DNA of 64,000 bases, from the NCBI GenBank assembly GCA_015059155.1, contig SVAX01000001.1, positions 26,247 to 90,246 of the forward strand, read 5' to 3'. Below, piece after piece: positions 8,398 through 18,489 of this stretch. Origin of the DNA: Bacillota bacterium. Lineage in GTDB: Bacteria; Bacillota_I; Bacilli_A; RF39; UBA660. The position numbers and the translations under genes were made by a program. The notes below the pieces were generated by a model. The model saw only the letters and a list, made by a program, of their open reading frames with translations. It did not search any database and had not been told where the DNA came from. Position 1 is the stretch's first letter. Each line of letters starts with the position of its first letter.

Positions 8398-9252
8398 GTG
8401 AAAGATATAAATTTTATAAGTGCGTGTTCTGATTTAGGAGTAAATATAAATGGGACTGAAAAAGGCCCATTAATATTGGCTCCTAATTTTAATGTTAAAA
8501 ATTATATATTGGAAAAAGAAAATATAAAAAAAAGTTTAAATCCTAATGACTTAAGAAAAAATGAAATTTATATAAATAATTTTACTGAAATCATATTTAA
8601 TACAGCAACAAAAATTTTAAATAATAATAAAACTCCTTTACTTATTGGTGGAGATCATAGTTGTAGCATCGGTAGTGCTTTAGCTAGTCAAAAATATTAT
8701 AAAAACATAGGCATTATTTGGATAGATGCACATGGAGATTACAACACTTTTGAAACGACTGAATCAGGTAATATTCATGGGTTACCTCTTGCAGCTATTA
8801 CAGGATATAAATGTGAAGAACTTACTAACTTTATAACAAATAATTTTATAAATCCAAAAAATTGTGTTATTGTGGGAGCAAGAAGTATAGATTCAAATGA
8901 AATTGGAAATATTAAAGATGCTGGGGTAACAATATATACAACTGAAGACATAAAAAATGAAGGTGCAGATGCTATAATGAAAAAAGCAATTGAAATTGCT
9001 TCTAATAATACTAACGGAATACATATAAGTTTAGATTTAGATGTAATGGATCCAAGTATTGCTCCAGGAGTTAGTATCCCTGAAGATAATGGGATAAATG
9101 ATAATGAGATGTATTTACTAATTGATGAAATATTAAAAAACAAAGAATTAATTACATCTATTGATTTAGTTGAATTAAATCCTACTCTAGATATAGACAA
9201 TAAAACTAAAAATATAGCAATAAATATTTTAAATAAGATAATTGAAAACTAA
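8398..9252 (+). CDS. rocF: Arginase-family ureohydrolase (probably arginase)
   Basis: Motifs GGDHS, WIDAHGDYNT, GNIHGLPLA and SLDLDVMDP..PGVS, which are metal-binding motifs of the arginase/agmatinase family. The GNxHGxPL block favours arginase. Confidence 0.7.
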   Translation: MKDINFISACSDLGVNINGTEKGPLILAPNFNVKNYILEKENIKKSLNPNDLRKNEIYINNFTEIIFNTATKILNNNKTPLLIGGDHSCSIGSALASQKYYKNIGIIWIDAHGDYNTFETTESGNIHGLPLAAITGYKCEELTNFITNNFINPKNCVIVGARSIDSNEIGNIKDAGVTIYTTEDIKNEGADAIMKKAIEIASNNTNGIHISLDLDVMDPSIAPGVSIPEDNGINDNEMYLLIDEILKNKELITSIDLVELNPTLDIDNKTKNIAINILNKIIEN

Positions 9253-9271
9253 GTTATGATAAACTTAGTTT

Positions 9272-9892
9272 TTATTCTATTGAATTTATATTATTATAAT
9301 TTATTTCTACTATATATTTATATCCATAATAATTGCTTAAATCTATTATTACATGATTTATATAAGTATCTGATTCCACTGCAATAGATACATTTATTAT
9401 AGTACAATCCATAGTACTACAATTATTTACTTCATTTAATAATGTAAAATATTCATTAGCACTCATATTATAAACGATCTTACTACTATCTGTGTATGTA
9501 GTTTTAGAATCACTATTTTCTATTAATAACTCTGTTTTATCATACTTATATCTATCAACATCAAAATCTATTGTTACTGGTGTATTATTAAAATAAATAA
9601 TACTATCCTTTTTTATATAATTAAGCGAATTATAATTAAATGAATCTTCATCACTTTTTAAAGTTCCTGTTATTTGATTTATAACATCATTATTGTTTAT
9701 TTTATAAATATATTCATAGTTTGAAACAATATCAGTAGTCTCTTCTGGTATATAATCCATAGTTGAAGAATTTCCACTATTATTTAAAACGATAAAAACA
9801 AATATAAAAAATATTGCATATATCCCTAGTTGAGTTAAAGCTTTCTTTTTAGGATCCTTTAAATTATCCCTTACTTTACTAAAAAAATCCAT
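9272..9892 (-). CDS. Hypothetical membrane-anchored protein
   Basis: One N-terminal TM segment (LGIYAIFFIFVFIVL) followed by an Asn/Tyr-rich extracytoplasmic part. No motif recognised. Confidence 0.5.
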   Translation of the reverse strand: MDFFSKVRDNLKDPKKKALTQLGIYAIFFIFVFIVLNNSGNSSTMDYIPEETTDIVSNYEYIYKINNNDVINQITGTLKSDEDSFNYNSLNYIKKDSIIYFNNTPVTIDFDVDRYKYDKTELLIENSDSKTTYTDSSKIVYNMSANEYFTLLNEVNNCSTMDCTIINVSIAVESDTYINHVIIDLSNYYGYKYIVEINYNNINSIE

Positions 9893-9899
9893 ACTATCA

Positions 9900-10859
9900 C
9901 TATCCTATTATTTTTCCCACTAATGATTCTTTTAATCCATTTAAATAATCTTTAGATTTCATTCTTGATTTACCCTCTGGTTGTATAACAGTTAAAACTA
10001 TTACCCCATTATGGGTTTTAACACCTATACCTTCTTTATATATTTTTACTATTTCACCATCTAAATTAGTTGGGAAGTATTCATCAACTATAATTGATTC
10101 CCATACTTTGAATCTTTTTCCATCTAACATAAAATAAGCACCTGGAAAACTATTTAATCCTCTTATTTGATTATATATTTCTCTACTAGTTTTACTAAAA
10201 TCTATTTTTTCATCATTTGGTTTTATTATTGGAGCATAAGTTACTTTACTTAATTCTTGAGGTATTCTTTTATTTGTACCATCAATTATGCTAGGAAGTG
10301 TTTCTATTAATAATTCACTACCTAATTTACTTAATTTATCATGAAGAGTACTTGCAGTATCTATATCAGTTATTTCTACTTCTTTTTGACTTATAATATC
10401 TCCATCATCCATACCTGGAGCCATATACATAATTGTTATACCTGATTTAGAATGTCCTTCTATAATAGCTCTATGAATAGGTGCTCCTCCTCTAAGTTTA
10501 GGTAATAATGAAGCATGTACATTTATACAACCAAATTTTGGATAATCTAAAAGTTCTTTTGGAAGTATTTGACCATATGCACATGTAACTATTAAATCTG
10601 GATCTAAATCTATTATTTCTTGATATTGTTCTTTTATATTATTTAATTGAATAACTAATATATCATTTTCTTGAGCAAGGATTTTTACTGGTGGCTTAGC
10701 TATTCTTCCACTTCTACCAACTTGTTTATCTGGTTGAGTTACTACTGCTTTTACTTTATAATTTTTTATTAGCGCGTCTAATACTGGCACACTAAAATCA
10801 GGAGTTCCCATAAATACTACTCTTAATTCTCTTTTTACCTCAATATCTTCAATATTCAT
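9900..10859 (-). CDS. fmt: Methionyl-tRNA formyltransferase
   Basis: RVVFMGTPDFSVP N-terminus, the HASLLPKLRGGAPI formyltransferase motif, and a length of 319 aa. Confidence 0.9.
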   Translation of the reverse strand: MNIEDIEVKRELRVVFMGTPDFSVPVLDALIKNYKVKAVVTQPDKQVGRSGRIAKPPVKILAQENDILVIQLNNIKEQYQEIIDLDPDLIVTCAYGQILPKELLDYPKFGCINVHASLLPKLRGGAPIHRAIIEGHSKSGITIMYMAPGMDDGDIISQKEVEITDIDTASTLHDKLSKLGSELLIETLPSIIDGTNKRIPQELSKVTYAPIIKPNDEKIDFSKTSREIYNQIRGLNSFPGAYFMLDGKRFKVWESIIVDEYFPTNLDGEIVKIYKEGIGVKTHNGVIVLTVIQPEGKSRMKSKDYLNGLKESLVGKIIG

Positions 10860-10912
10860 ATAATCACCACTATCATTATACTACGAAAACAATAAAATAA
10901 AAAGATTGAAAA

Positions 10913-11524
10913 TCAATCTTCTTTCAAAATATTTTTTATTTTTATTTTTATTCTTTGTATAGCATTATCAATAGATTTCCCATCTTTATCTAATATCTCA
11001 GCTATTTCTTTATATTTAAATCCAGATATAAGTAAAGAGAATACTTGTTCTTCTAAATCCGTTAACACTTCTCTTATTTTTTGCAACAAATCTTCTTCTA
11101 ATTCTATATTTAATATTTCTTCTTCTGGACTAGGTGTCTCAGATTTAATAAATCTAAGTAGTAAATTCTCATCGTCATCATATGAAATAGATTCATTCAA
11201 TATTTTATTTTTATTTCTATTAGAAGATATTACTACACTTATTATTTTTCTTTCTATACATTTTTTTGCATATGTATAAAATAATACATCTTTTTGTTCA
11301 TGATATCTTTCTATTGCATGATTTAACCCAATCATTCCTTCTTGTACTAAATCACTTTTTTCTAACCCATTATTTTTGCAGTATGGAAGCATTTTTATGG
11401 CAATTTTGTTTATTAATGGTTCATATTTCTTTATTATTATATTATTTGCATCTTCATTGCCTTCAGCAATATAATCTAAAAGTTCATAATCATTAAAATC
11501 TTTATATTCCATAAAATCACTCAC
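10913..11524 (-). CDS. sigH: RNA polymerase sigma factor, SigH-like
   Basis: Sigma-70 region 2 (DLVQEGMIGLNHAIERY) and a region 4 HTH. It lies downstream of mrnC-rlmB, as sigH does in Bacillus. Confidence 0.7.
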   Translation of the reverse strand: MSDFMEYKDFNDYELLDYIAEGNEDANNIIIKKYEPLINKIAIKMLPYCKNNGLEKSDLVQEGMIGLNHAIERYHEQKDVLFYTYAKKCIERKIISVVISSNRNKNKILNESISYDDDENLLLRFIKSETPSPEEEILNIELEEDLLQKIREVLTDLEEQVFSLLISGFKYKEIAEILDKDGKSIDNAIQRIKIKIKNILKED

Positions 11525-11530
11525 CTTTTT

Positions 11531-12226
11531 TTATATTCTTTGCTTAACTGCTTCAAATACTATTATTGCAGTAGCTACTGATGCATTTAAACTATTTACT
11601 TCACCTTGCATTGGAATACTTGCTATAAAATCACAATTTTCTCTTACTAGTTTAGACATTCCCGATCCTTCATTGCCACATATAATACATGTTTTACCTT
11701 TATAATCTAACTTAGTATAATCAGTACCATCCATATCAGTACCAAATATCCAATAACCTTTTTCTTTTAATAGTTTTATTGTACTGTTTAAATTAGTAAC
11801 TCTAGCAATCTTCATTTTTTCAGTAGTACCTACACTAGTCTTTATTACAGTAGAGTTTACTTCAACACTTCTATCAGTAGGTATAATTATTCCATCTACA
11901 CCTGCTGCTTCACAAGAACGAATAATGGCACCAAAGTTATGTGGATCTTCTATGTGATCTAACATTACAATTAAACTATCAGTATCACTTATAATATCAT
12001 AAATATCTGCATATTTATAATCCTCTACATCAAGTATTATTCCTTGATGTAATCCATTAACTTTTTTATCCATGTCAAATTTAGTTAATGTTTGAACTTT
12101 AATATTTTTATGCTTTATTTTATTTAACAAGTCATAATCATTAAAGTTATTTTGTATAAATGCTTTATATATTTTTTTATCACTGTTTAAATATTCTAAA
12201 GCTACATTTTTACCAAATACTAGCAT
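11531..12226 (-). CDS. rlmB: 23S rRNA (guanosine-2'-O)-methyltransferase RlmB (SpoU/TrmH family)
   Basis: SpoU motifs DPHNFGAIIRS, GNEGSGMS and SLNASVA. Confidence 0.85.
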   Translation of the reverse strand: MLVFGKNVALEYLNSDKKIYKAFIQNNFNDYDLLNKIKHKNIKVQTLTKFDMDKKVNGLHQGIILDVEDYKYADIYDIISDTDSLIVMLDHIEDPHNFGAIIRSCEAAGVDGIIIPTDRSVEVNSTVIKTSVGTTEKMKIARVTNLNSTIKLLKEKGYWIFGTDMDGTDYTKLDYKGKTCIICGNEGSGMSKLVRENCDFIASIPMQGEVNSLNASVATAIIVFEAVKQRI

Positions 12227-12228
12227 AA

Positions 12229-12603
12229 CTACCTCCCTAATATATAGTTTATTATTTCTTCTATTCTATCTATTTTTTCTTCTAAATATAGATACCCTAT
12301 TAATGCTTCAAAACCTGTTGCATACTTATAAGTAATTATATCACAATTTTTAGGTTTATGATTATTTTTATGATTTCTAGCACAAGTAATTATATTTAAT
12401 TCCTCTTCATTAAAAAAACTATTATCCATCATTTCTTTTAAATAAGATGCTTGTCCTTTAGCACTTACATATTTTATAGATTCACTTTGTAATTCTTTTA
12501 CTTTACATATTCCTTTATCTATTAAATATTTTCTAATATATGTTTCATATATACTATCTCCTAGATAAGCTAAAACTAACATATTTTTATTCATATCTAT
12601 CAA
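12229..12603 (-). CDS. mrnC: Mini-ribonuclease III
   Basis: LAYLGDSIYETYIRKYL RNase III-like signature, about 120 aa, in mrnC-rlmB-sigH synteny. Confidence 0.8.
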   Translation of the reverse strand: MIDMNKNMLVLAYLGDSIYETYIRKYLIDKGICKVKELQSESIKYVSAKGQASYLKEMMDNSFFNEEELNIITCARNHKNNHKPKNCDIITYKYATGFEALIGYLYLEEKIDRIEEIINYILGR

Positions 12604-13453
12604 ATGTAATTCCTTTCAAAGCACCCGTTTTTATATCATTTATAACTACATTATAAACTTTATCATAATCAACTACTCCACCTCGTACTAAACATCCTCT
12701 TTTTCTACCGATAGTTTCTAAAGTTCCTTCTATTTCTTCATTGTCTACTTTATCTATACCATATCTTTCTTTTAAAATATTATTATAGTATTTATCTAAA
12801 GTATTTAAGATATAAATAACTACTCTATCTATAGGAAGTATTTCTTCTTTAATAGCAGTTAAACTTGCTAAATTTAAAGCAACACTTTCTTCATCAAGTT
12901 TAGGCCAAAGTATACCTGGAGTGTCCATAAGTTCTATATCATTATTAATTCTTATCCAACTAAGATTTTTAGTTACTCCAGGCATATTACCTACATTAGC
13001 TACTTTTTTACCTACTAATCTATTTATTAAAGTACTCTTACCTACATTTGGTATACCTACTACTAAAACCCTTGTTTTTCTTTTAGACATCCCCTTTTCT
13101 AATCTTTTCTGATTTTCTTCTTCCATTAATTTATTAGTTAGATTTATTAAATTATTTAAACTAGTATTTTTTTCTAAATTTAAACCTATTACTGTATATC
13201 CCAAAGATTCATAATATTTAATCCATTTATTAGTTTCATCTATGTCACATAAATCTATTTTAGTCATAATAAGTATTCTTTTTTTATTTTTTATATAGTT
13301 ATCTATGTCTTTTATTTTAGATGAATATGGCATTCTAGCGTCTATTACTTCATATACAACATCTATTAAATTTATATTTTCACTTATTAATCTTTTAGTT
13401 TTAGCCATATGACCTGGATACCAGTTTATATTAGTTTTATTTTCGTTATTCAT
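12587..13453 (-). CDS. rbgA: Ribosome biogenesis GTPase A (YlqF)
   Basis: INWYPGHMAKTKR, and a circularly permuted GTPase (G4 TKIDL before G1 GIPNVGKST). The start is moved to the ATG at 13453 behind GGTGG; the track start is a GTG. Confidence 0.85.
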   Translation of the reverse strand: MNNENKTNINWYPGHMAKTKRLISENINLIDVVYEVIDARMPYSSKIKDIDNYIKNKKRILIMTKIDLCDIDETNKWIKYYESLGYTVIGLNLEKNTSLNNLINLTNKLMEEENQKRLEKGMSKRKTRVLVVGIPNVGKSTLINRLVGKKVANVGNMPGVTKNLSWIRINNDIELMDTPGILWPKLDEESVALNLASLTAIKEEILPIDRVVIYILNTLDKYYNNILKERYGIDKVDNEEIEGTLETIGRKRGCLVRGGVVDYDKVYNVVINDIKTGALKGITFDRYE

Positions 13454-14315
13454 TCTTACCACCCACTTTGCTTTCGATTTTCTTAATTCCTTGGTTTTCT
13501 AATTGTTTCTTTTCTCTTTCAAGTTCTTTTAAACTATTTTTAGGCGTTGGCATTTCTTCTGGCATCATTCCACCAATATCAGCAATTGCTTTTCTAACTT
13601 TTTTACCAACTTCATAATGTACGTCTTTTGCTTCTTTTTCTCCTTGCACATTATCTCTTATAAGCCTTTGTTTAGTTTGATTTATTCTAAATAAATTGGC
13701 AACTAATTCATCTTCATTCATATTATCTAAAATATCTTCTCTATAGCGTAATTTTTTTCTTTTAAAAATATCATCAGCAGTTTCTCCATTATACAAGCCT
13801 TTATATCTGGCATTATGAAACTCAGCCATATTTTTAACGCCAGCAGATGATGCAACTTTTTGTAGTGTATAATTACCTTGCTTTGTTAATTTTCTTTGAT
13901 AAAATCTTTTTTCATCATCTGACAACGAATCATATTCTTGTTCCGTTATTTCTTGTTTTCTAGTTTGAATAGCAAAATAAGTTTGTCCTAAGGCAACAAC
14001 TTCTTTGCTTGGATCAGCATTTTGAACTATCAAATAACATATATATCTTGATAATTTATAATCTTGTATATTAGCAACAGCATTATTGTTTCTTTTTGAC
14101 AACTTGTTGACCTCAACAAGTTGTTCATCTATATTAAACCCAGAATTTTTACAAGCATCTTTTGCTTTATTTAAAACCTTTAAGAAATTTCTCCAATCTC
14201 TATATTCTAAAACTTTTGAAAGTTCCCTAGCATACCAATATTCATTTTCGTATTCATCTATATGTTTAATATTCTCAAAAATATTGTTAGTATATTTATC
14301 TCCAATTTTATTCAT
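13446..14315 (-). CDS. dinD: DNA damage-inducible protein D homologue
   Basis: Strong recalled similarity to E. coli DinD along the whole length (YWYARELSKVLEY, LSRYICYLIVQNADPSKEVVALGQTYFAIQTRKQE, ELVANLFRINQT, GGMMPEEMPTP). Its stop overlaps the rbgA start (AAGAATGAATAA). Confidence 0.8.
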   Translation of the reverse strand: MNKIGDKYTNNIFENIKHIDEYENEYWYARELSKVLEYRDWRNFLKVLNKAKDACKNSGFNIDEQLVEVNKLSKRNNNAVANIQDYKLSRYICYLIVQNADPSKEVVALGQTYFAIQTRKQEITEQEYDSLSDDEKRFYQRKLTKQGNYTLQKVASSAGVKNMAEFHNARYKGLYNGETADDIFKRKKLRYREDILDNMNEDELVANLFRINQTKQRLIRDNVQGEKEAKDVHYEVGKKVRKAIADIGGMMPEEMPTPKNSLKELEREKKQLENQGIKKIESKVGGKNE

Positions 14316-14439
14316 TGTTACCTCCTTTTCTACTAATTGTATAAGTTATTTTTTCTTTGGTTCCCATTTCCCGTTGATATTTGTTTTATTATCATTCATA
14401 AAATCACTTTCTTTATTAAATTTGATAAACTATTTTTGA

Positions 14440-14477
14440 AACTTTTCTAAAATAATTAGAAAAGTTGATGTTTTTTA
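14440..14477 (+). terminator. Orphan terminator-like hairpin (11-bp stem plus T-run) on the plus strand
   Basis: AACTTTTCTAA / TTAGAAAAGTT with a 5-nt loop, followed by GATGTTTTTT. There is no credible plus-strand gene upstream. Confidence 0.4.
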
Positions 14478-14589
14478 TTTGCTTAATATTTGATATTTTA
14501 ATCAAGATATTATAAAACCAATCATTTGAAACACATAAAACCTGTATTTAAATTATATCATAAAATAAAGAAAAGCACTATTTCTAGTA

Positions 14590-15120
14590 CTAATTAAATT
14601 TTCCTATTTTAGTAAATGGAAATATTCTTATTGTTGTAGTTCCAACTATATCTTCTTTTTTTATTAAACCTACAGTATAATCTCTACTATCTCTAGAATA
14701 ACCTCTATTATCTCCCATTACAAAATAATAATTATCCGGAATATTATCAACATTATATAATTCTTTTAATGAAAAATCATTTGTGCGAGCAGTTGCAACA
14801 TCTTCAAGTTTTTCTCCATTGATATATAGTTCATTGTCTTTATATTCAATAGATTCTCCTGGTAACCCAATTACTCTTTTAACTAATTTAGAAGTTTTAC
14901 CATCAAATTTTACATTAACAACTACTACATCAAATCTTTCATATTCTGTATCTAATTTATTTAATATTAATATATCTCCATTTTTTAAAGTAGAATCCAT
15001 AGAAGAACCATCTACTCTTACTGGAGTAGCAATGAACGTTCTAAAAAGAACTACTACTACGACTATTACTACATAAGGATATAATTCTTTTATTATTTTT
15101 TTTAATTTTTCTTTATTCAT
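14590..15120 (-). CDS. lepB: Signal peptidase I
   Basis: S26 motifs GSSMDSTL, KRVIGLPGE and GDNRGYSRDSR. I place the start at the ATG at 15120 behind AGGTGA. Confidence 0.9.
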   Translation of the reverse strand: MNKEKLKKIIKELYPYVVIVVVVVLFRTFIATPVRVDGSSMDSTLKNGDILILNKLDTEYERFDVVVVNVKFDGKTSKLVKRVIGLPGESIEYKDNELYINGEKLEDVATARTNDFSLKELYNVDNIPDNYYFVMGDNRGYSRDSRDYTVGLIKKEDIVGTTTIRIFPFTKIGKFN

Positions 15121-15157
15121 TTTATCACCTAACAAAAATAAGGCTAAAGCCTTATTT

Positions 15158-15511
15158 TTATACTCTTTCTTTAATCTTTGGTGTTTTAGAAGACTTTCTA
15201 ATATAACCTAATTTAGCTTGTCTTACTTTACCTTTTCTAACAACAACGATAGTATCAATTCTTGGTGAATTAACTGGTAAAGTTTTTTCAACTCCAACAT
15301 TTCCAGAAACTTTTCTAACTGTAAAAGTTTTACTTATTCCAGAACCTTGAATAGCCATAACTAAACCTTCGAAAGCTTGAATTCTTGATTTCTTTTTACC
15401 TGAAGCATCAGTTTCATCGATTTTAATATCAACTCTAACTGTATCTCCAACTCTGAATTCTGGTAAATCAGTTCTGATTTGTTTTTTAGTAATTTTTTCA
15501 ACTAAATTCAC
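15158..15511 (-). CDS. rplS: 50S ribosomal protein L19
   Basis: Typical L19 sequence (PEFRVGDTVRV, RIQAFEG, FTVRK), GTG start, 117 aa. Confidence 0.95.
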   Translation of the reverse strand: MNLVEKITKKQIRTDLPEFRVGDTVRVDIKIDETDASGKKKSRIQAFEGLVMAIQGSGISKTFTVRKVSGNVGVEKTLPVNSPRIDTIVVVRKGKVRQAKLGYIRKSSKTPKIKERV

Positions 15512-15636
15512 AATGTCACTCTCCTTTATCTAATCTATGATCATGAACAAAAAAATATACAATCAGCGGATCACGTTATTAATAATACCATATTTTATTA
15601 ATAAATACAATAGTTTTTAAGAAAAAAAGAAGAAAA

Positions 15637-17190
15637 CTATTTAGCTTCTTCTATTGCTCTTGTTTCTCTTATTACTGTAACTTTAATTGTTCCAGGATAT
15701 TGTAACTCTTCTTCAATACGATTTTTAATATCTCGAGCTACTTTATGACTTTCTAAATCATTTATTTCTTCTGGTTTAACAATTACTCTTAGCTCTCTTC
15801 CTGCTTGCATAGCGAATGCTGTATCAACACCTTTTTGATCATTAGCTATATTTTCTAAATCTTGTAATCTTTGTACATAATTTTCTAATGAATCATTTCT
15901 AGCACCTGGACGAGTTGCTGATAGAGTATCTGCTATAGCTACAAGTTCAGAAATAATACTTTTAGCATCACTATCACCATGATGAGATTCTATTGCATTT
16001 ATAACAATTTCATTTTCTTTATATTTTTTAGCTATATTAGCACCTATTTCAACATGACTACCTTCAATTTCATGGTCAATAGCCTTACCTATATCATGAA
16101 GTAATCCTGATCTTTTAGCAAGCATTTCATTTTCGCCAAGTTCACCTGCCATAATTCCTGAAAGTTGTGCGACTTCAATAGAATGTCTAAGTGCGTTTTG
16201 TCCATAACTTGTTCTAAATTGTAGCTTACCTATTAATTCTATAAGTTCAGGTTCTACTTTAGTTATTCCAAGTTCAAATAATGCATTTTGTCCATATTCT
16301 ATTATTTTTTCTTTCATATCTTTACAAGTTTTGTCATAAATTTCTTCAATACGTGCTGGATGTATTCTTCCATCTTTAATTAAAGTTTCAATAGTAATTC
16401 TAGCTATTTCTCTTCTTAATGGATCAAATGACGATAGAACTATTGCTTCTGGAGTATCATCTATAATCAAATCTACTCCTGTTACAGATTCTATTGTACG
16501 GATATTTCTTCCTTCTCTACCTATAATACGACCTTTCATATCATCACTTGGTAAATTTACAACAGTAACTGTTTGTTCCTCTACAACATCGCTAGCATAC
16601 TTTTGCATACTTTCAACTAACATATTTTTAGATTTTTTATCTACTTCTAATTTAGCTTCAGCTTCTTTTTCTTTTATGTATGCAGCAATTTCTAGAGTCA
16701 TAGCATCTTCTACTTTTTTCATTACTAATTCTCTAGCTTTTTCTTTTGAGTAACCGCTAATACTTTCTAAAAGTTTTAGTTGTTCTTCTTTTAATTTCTC
16801 CACATTTGCTTCTTGTTCTTGAATATCTTTTTGTTTATCTAATAAATTTTTCTCTTTTTCATCTAATAAATTTTCTCTCTTTTGAAGATTTTGATCTCTT
16901 CTTTCAATATTCTCTTCGCGAGTATTTAATCTATTTTCAGATTCTTTTATCTCAGCCTTTTTTTCTTTTATTTCTTCTTCATTTTTTATTCTTAATTCAT
17001 TAGCTTCTTCTTTAGCTTCAGCGATATAATCTTTTTTTATTTTTTCGCCTTCTATACGAGCATTTTCTAAAATCTTATCAGCTTTATCAGTCGCAGAATT
17101 TTTTCTGATAAGATTAGCTATAAACATAACAATTATTCCAACAATAAGTCCTATTAGGACTAGCAACATGGAGCTCATAACATTTCCCAT
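15637..17190 (-). CDS. rny: Ribonuclease Y
   Basis: N-terminal TM, a Lys/Glu-rich coiled coil, a KH domain ([12 protein letters not shown]) and an HD domain (LLHDIGKA). I place the start at the ATG at 17190 behind GGAGGA. Confidence 0.9.
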   Translation of the reverse strand: MGNVMSSMLLVLIGLIVGIIVMFIANLIRKNSATDKADKILENARIEGEKIKKDYIAEAKEEANELRIKNEEEIKEKKAEIKESENRLNTREENIERRDQNLQKRENLLDEKEKNLLDKQKDIQEQEANVEKLKEEQLKLLESISGYSKEKARELVMKKVEDAMTLEIAAYIKEKEAEAKLEVDKKSKNMLVESMQKYASDVVEEQTVTVVNLPSDDMKGRIIGREGRNIRTIESVTGVDLIIDDTPEAIVLSSFDPLRREIARITIETLIKDGRIHPARIEEIYDKTCKDMKEKIIEYGQNALFELGITKVEPELIELIGKLQFRTSYGQNALRHSIEVAQLSGIMAGELGENEMLAKRSGLLHDIGKAIDHEIEGSHVEIGANIAKKYKENEIVINAIESHHGDSDAKSIISELVAIADTLSATRPGARNDSLENYVQRLQDLENIANDQKGVDTAFAMQAGRELRVIVKPEEINDLESHKVARDIKNRIEEELQYPGTIKVTVIRETRAIEEAK

Positions 17191-17292
17191 ATTATTCCTC
17201 CACTTTCTACTTGAGTGATTCACACTCTATACTTATTATAAAGTATAGATAAAAATAAATCAAGAAAAAAAGAATTTTTTTAAAAATCCTTT

Positions 17293-18477
17293 TTATTTTT
17301 TCATTCCTTTTAATCCCTTAACTCCATAATTACTTAAGATATTACTTTCAAAAGAATATACTTTTTTACTTCTATTTTTATAATCTTTTATAGACAAAGT
17401 AATCATTTCATCTAATAAATCTTCATATTTTTTACCAACTTTTTCCCATAAATAATATGATAAGCTTCCAGGAATTGTATTTGGTTCATTAATATAATAT
17501 TTATTTGTTTTTTTATCTATTAGATAATCTATTCTACATACTCCACCTAAATTTAAAGCTTTAAAAGCTTGTTTAGAAGTTTCTTTTATTTTTTCTTCTA
17601 AATCTTTACTTATTCTTGCTGGTATAATTCTAGAAGCACTTGCCATTCCTTTAGAAGGTCCTTTTAATTTACCTTTAGATCCTCCTATATATTTATCAGC
17701 AAAAGTTAAGAATTCTTCATCACTAGTAACTTCTTCAATAACACTTGTTTCTTGATGTGAATAGTTTCCAAGTACACTACAGTTAACTTCTACTAAGTTT
17801 TTAACTGCTTTTTCTACTACTACTTTAACATCATATTTCATAGCTTCTTCAATCGCATTAGCAAGTTCTTTCTCTTCTTTTACATAAGTTATACCTACAC
17901 TACTACCAAGAGTAGCAGGTTTTACTATTACTGGATATCCTAATTTTTTTACATCAGCAAATATTTTTTCACAATCATCAGCATATTCACTATCAAAAAA
18001 CCACATATAATCTACTATAGGTAGCCCCATATCTTTAAATACTTGTTTCATTATTACTTTATCTTGTCCTAAAGCACTTCCAAGTACTTTACTTCCTACA
18101 TATGGAATTCCAACACTATCTAAATAGCCTTGAAGTGTTCCATCTTCTACATTGTTTCCATGAACTATTGGAAAAGCTATATCTATATCAGTTATATTTC
18201 TTCTAAATAATCCTTTAGTATTTTGTAGACAAAATTTATCTCCCATTTTTGTTAACACAACTTGTTTAGCATATCTTTTTAAATCATTAAAATCTTTATA
18301 TACTTCTATATCCATAAGCATTGGACTTGTATACCAAATTCTATCTTTACTTATATAAATTGGTACTATATCATATTTATCACGATTAATGTGTTCCATA
18401 GCTTGTACAGCAGTAATAACACTTACTTCGTGTTCAACTGTTTCGCCACCAAATATTACTCCTACTTTTATTTTCAT
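17293..18477 (-). CDS. ddl: D-alanine--D-alanine ligase (long form)
   Basis: GGETVEHEVSV N-terminus and an ATP-grasp body (PVIVKPATLGSSVGI, INEPNTIPG). It is adjacent to murF. Confidence 0.85.
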   Translation of the reverse strand: MKIKVGVIFGGETVEHEVSVITAVQAMEHINRDKYDIVPIYISKDRIWYTSPMLMDIEVYKDFNDLKRYAKQVVLTKMGDKFCLQNTKGLFRRNITDIDIAFPIVHGNNVEDGTLQGYLDSVGIPYVGSKVLGSALGQDKVIMKQVFKDMGLPIVDYMWFFDSEYADDCEKIFADVKKLGYPVIVKPATLGSSVGITYVKEEKELANAIEEAMKYDVKVVVEKAVKNLVEVNCSVLGNYSHQETSVIEEVTSDEEFLTFADKYIGGSKGKLKGPSKGMASASRIIPARISKDLEEKIKETSKQAFKALNLGGVCRIDYLIDKKTNKYYINEPNTIPGSLSYYLWEKVGKKYEDLLDEMITLSIKDYKNRSKKVYSFESNILSNYGVKGLKGMKK

Positions 18478-18489
18478 TTTACATCTCTC

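Noticed and set aside
8775-9200. 141-aa minus-strand ORF inside the arginase gene. Similar track ORFs occur at 1817..2005, 2998..3288, 5919..6122, 11266..11496, 12921..13112, 14783..15076, 16806..17003, 18389..18679, 45744..45932, 47815..48042, 54395..54798, 58354..58644 and 60286..60516.
   Set aside because: All lie antisense within longer ORFs that carry clear family motifs. They have low-complexity Ser/Leu/Ile/Phe-rich translations typical of shadow frames in AT-rich DNA, and none has an SD.
14086-14439. 117-aa plus-strand ORF ending at the orphan hairpin.
   Set aside because: Two thirds of it is antisense to the well-supported dinD gene. It has no SD, and its translation is low-complexity and Phe/Ser/Leu-rich. 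Only the hairpin itself is kept, as a low-interest observation.
14316-14589. LexA box upstream of dinD.
   Set aside because: No GAAC-N4-GTTC-like sequence is present in the 274-nt upstream region.
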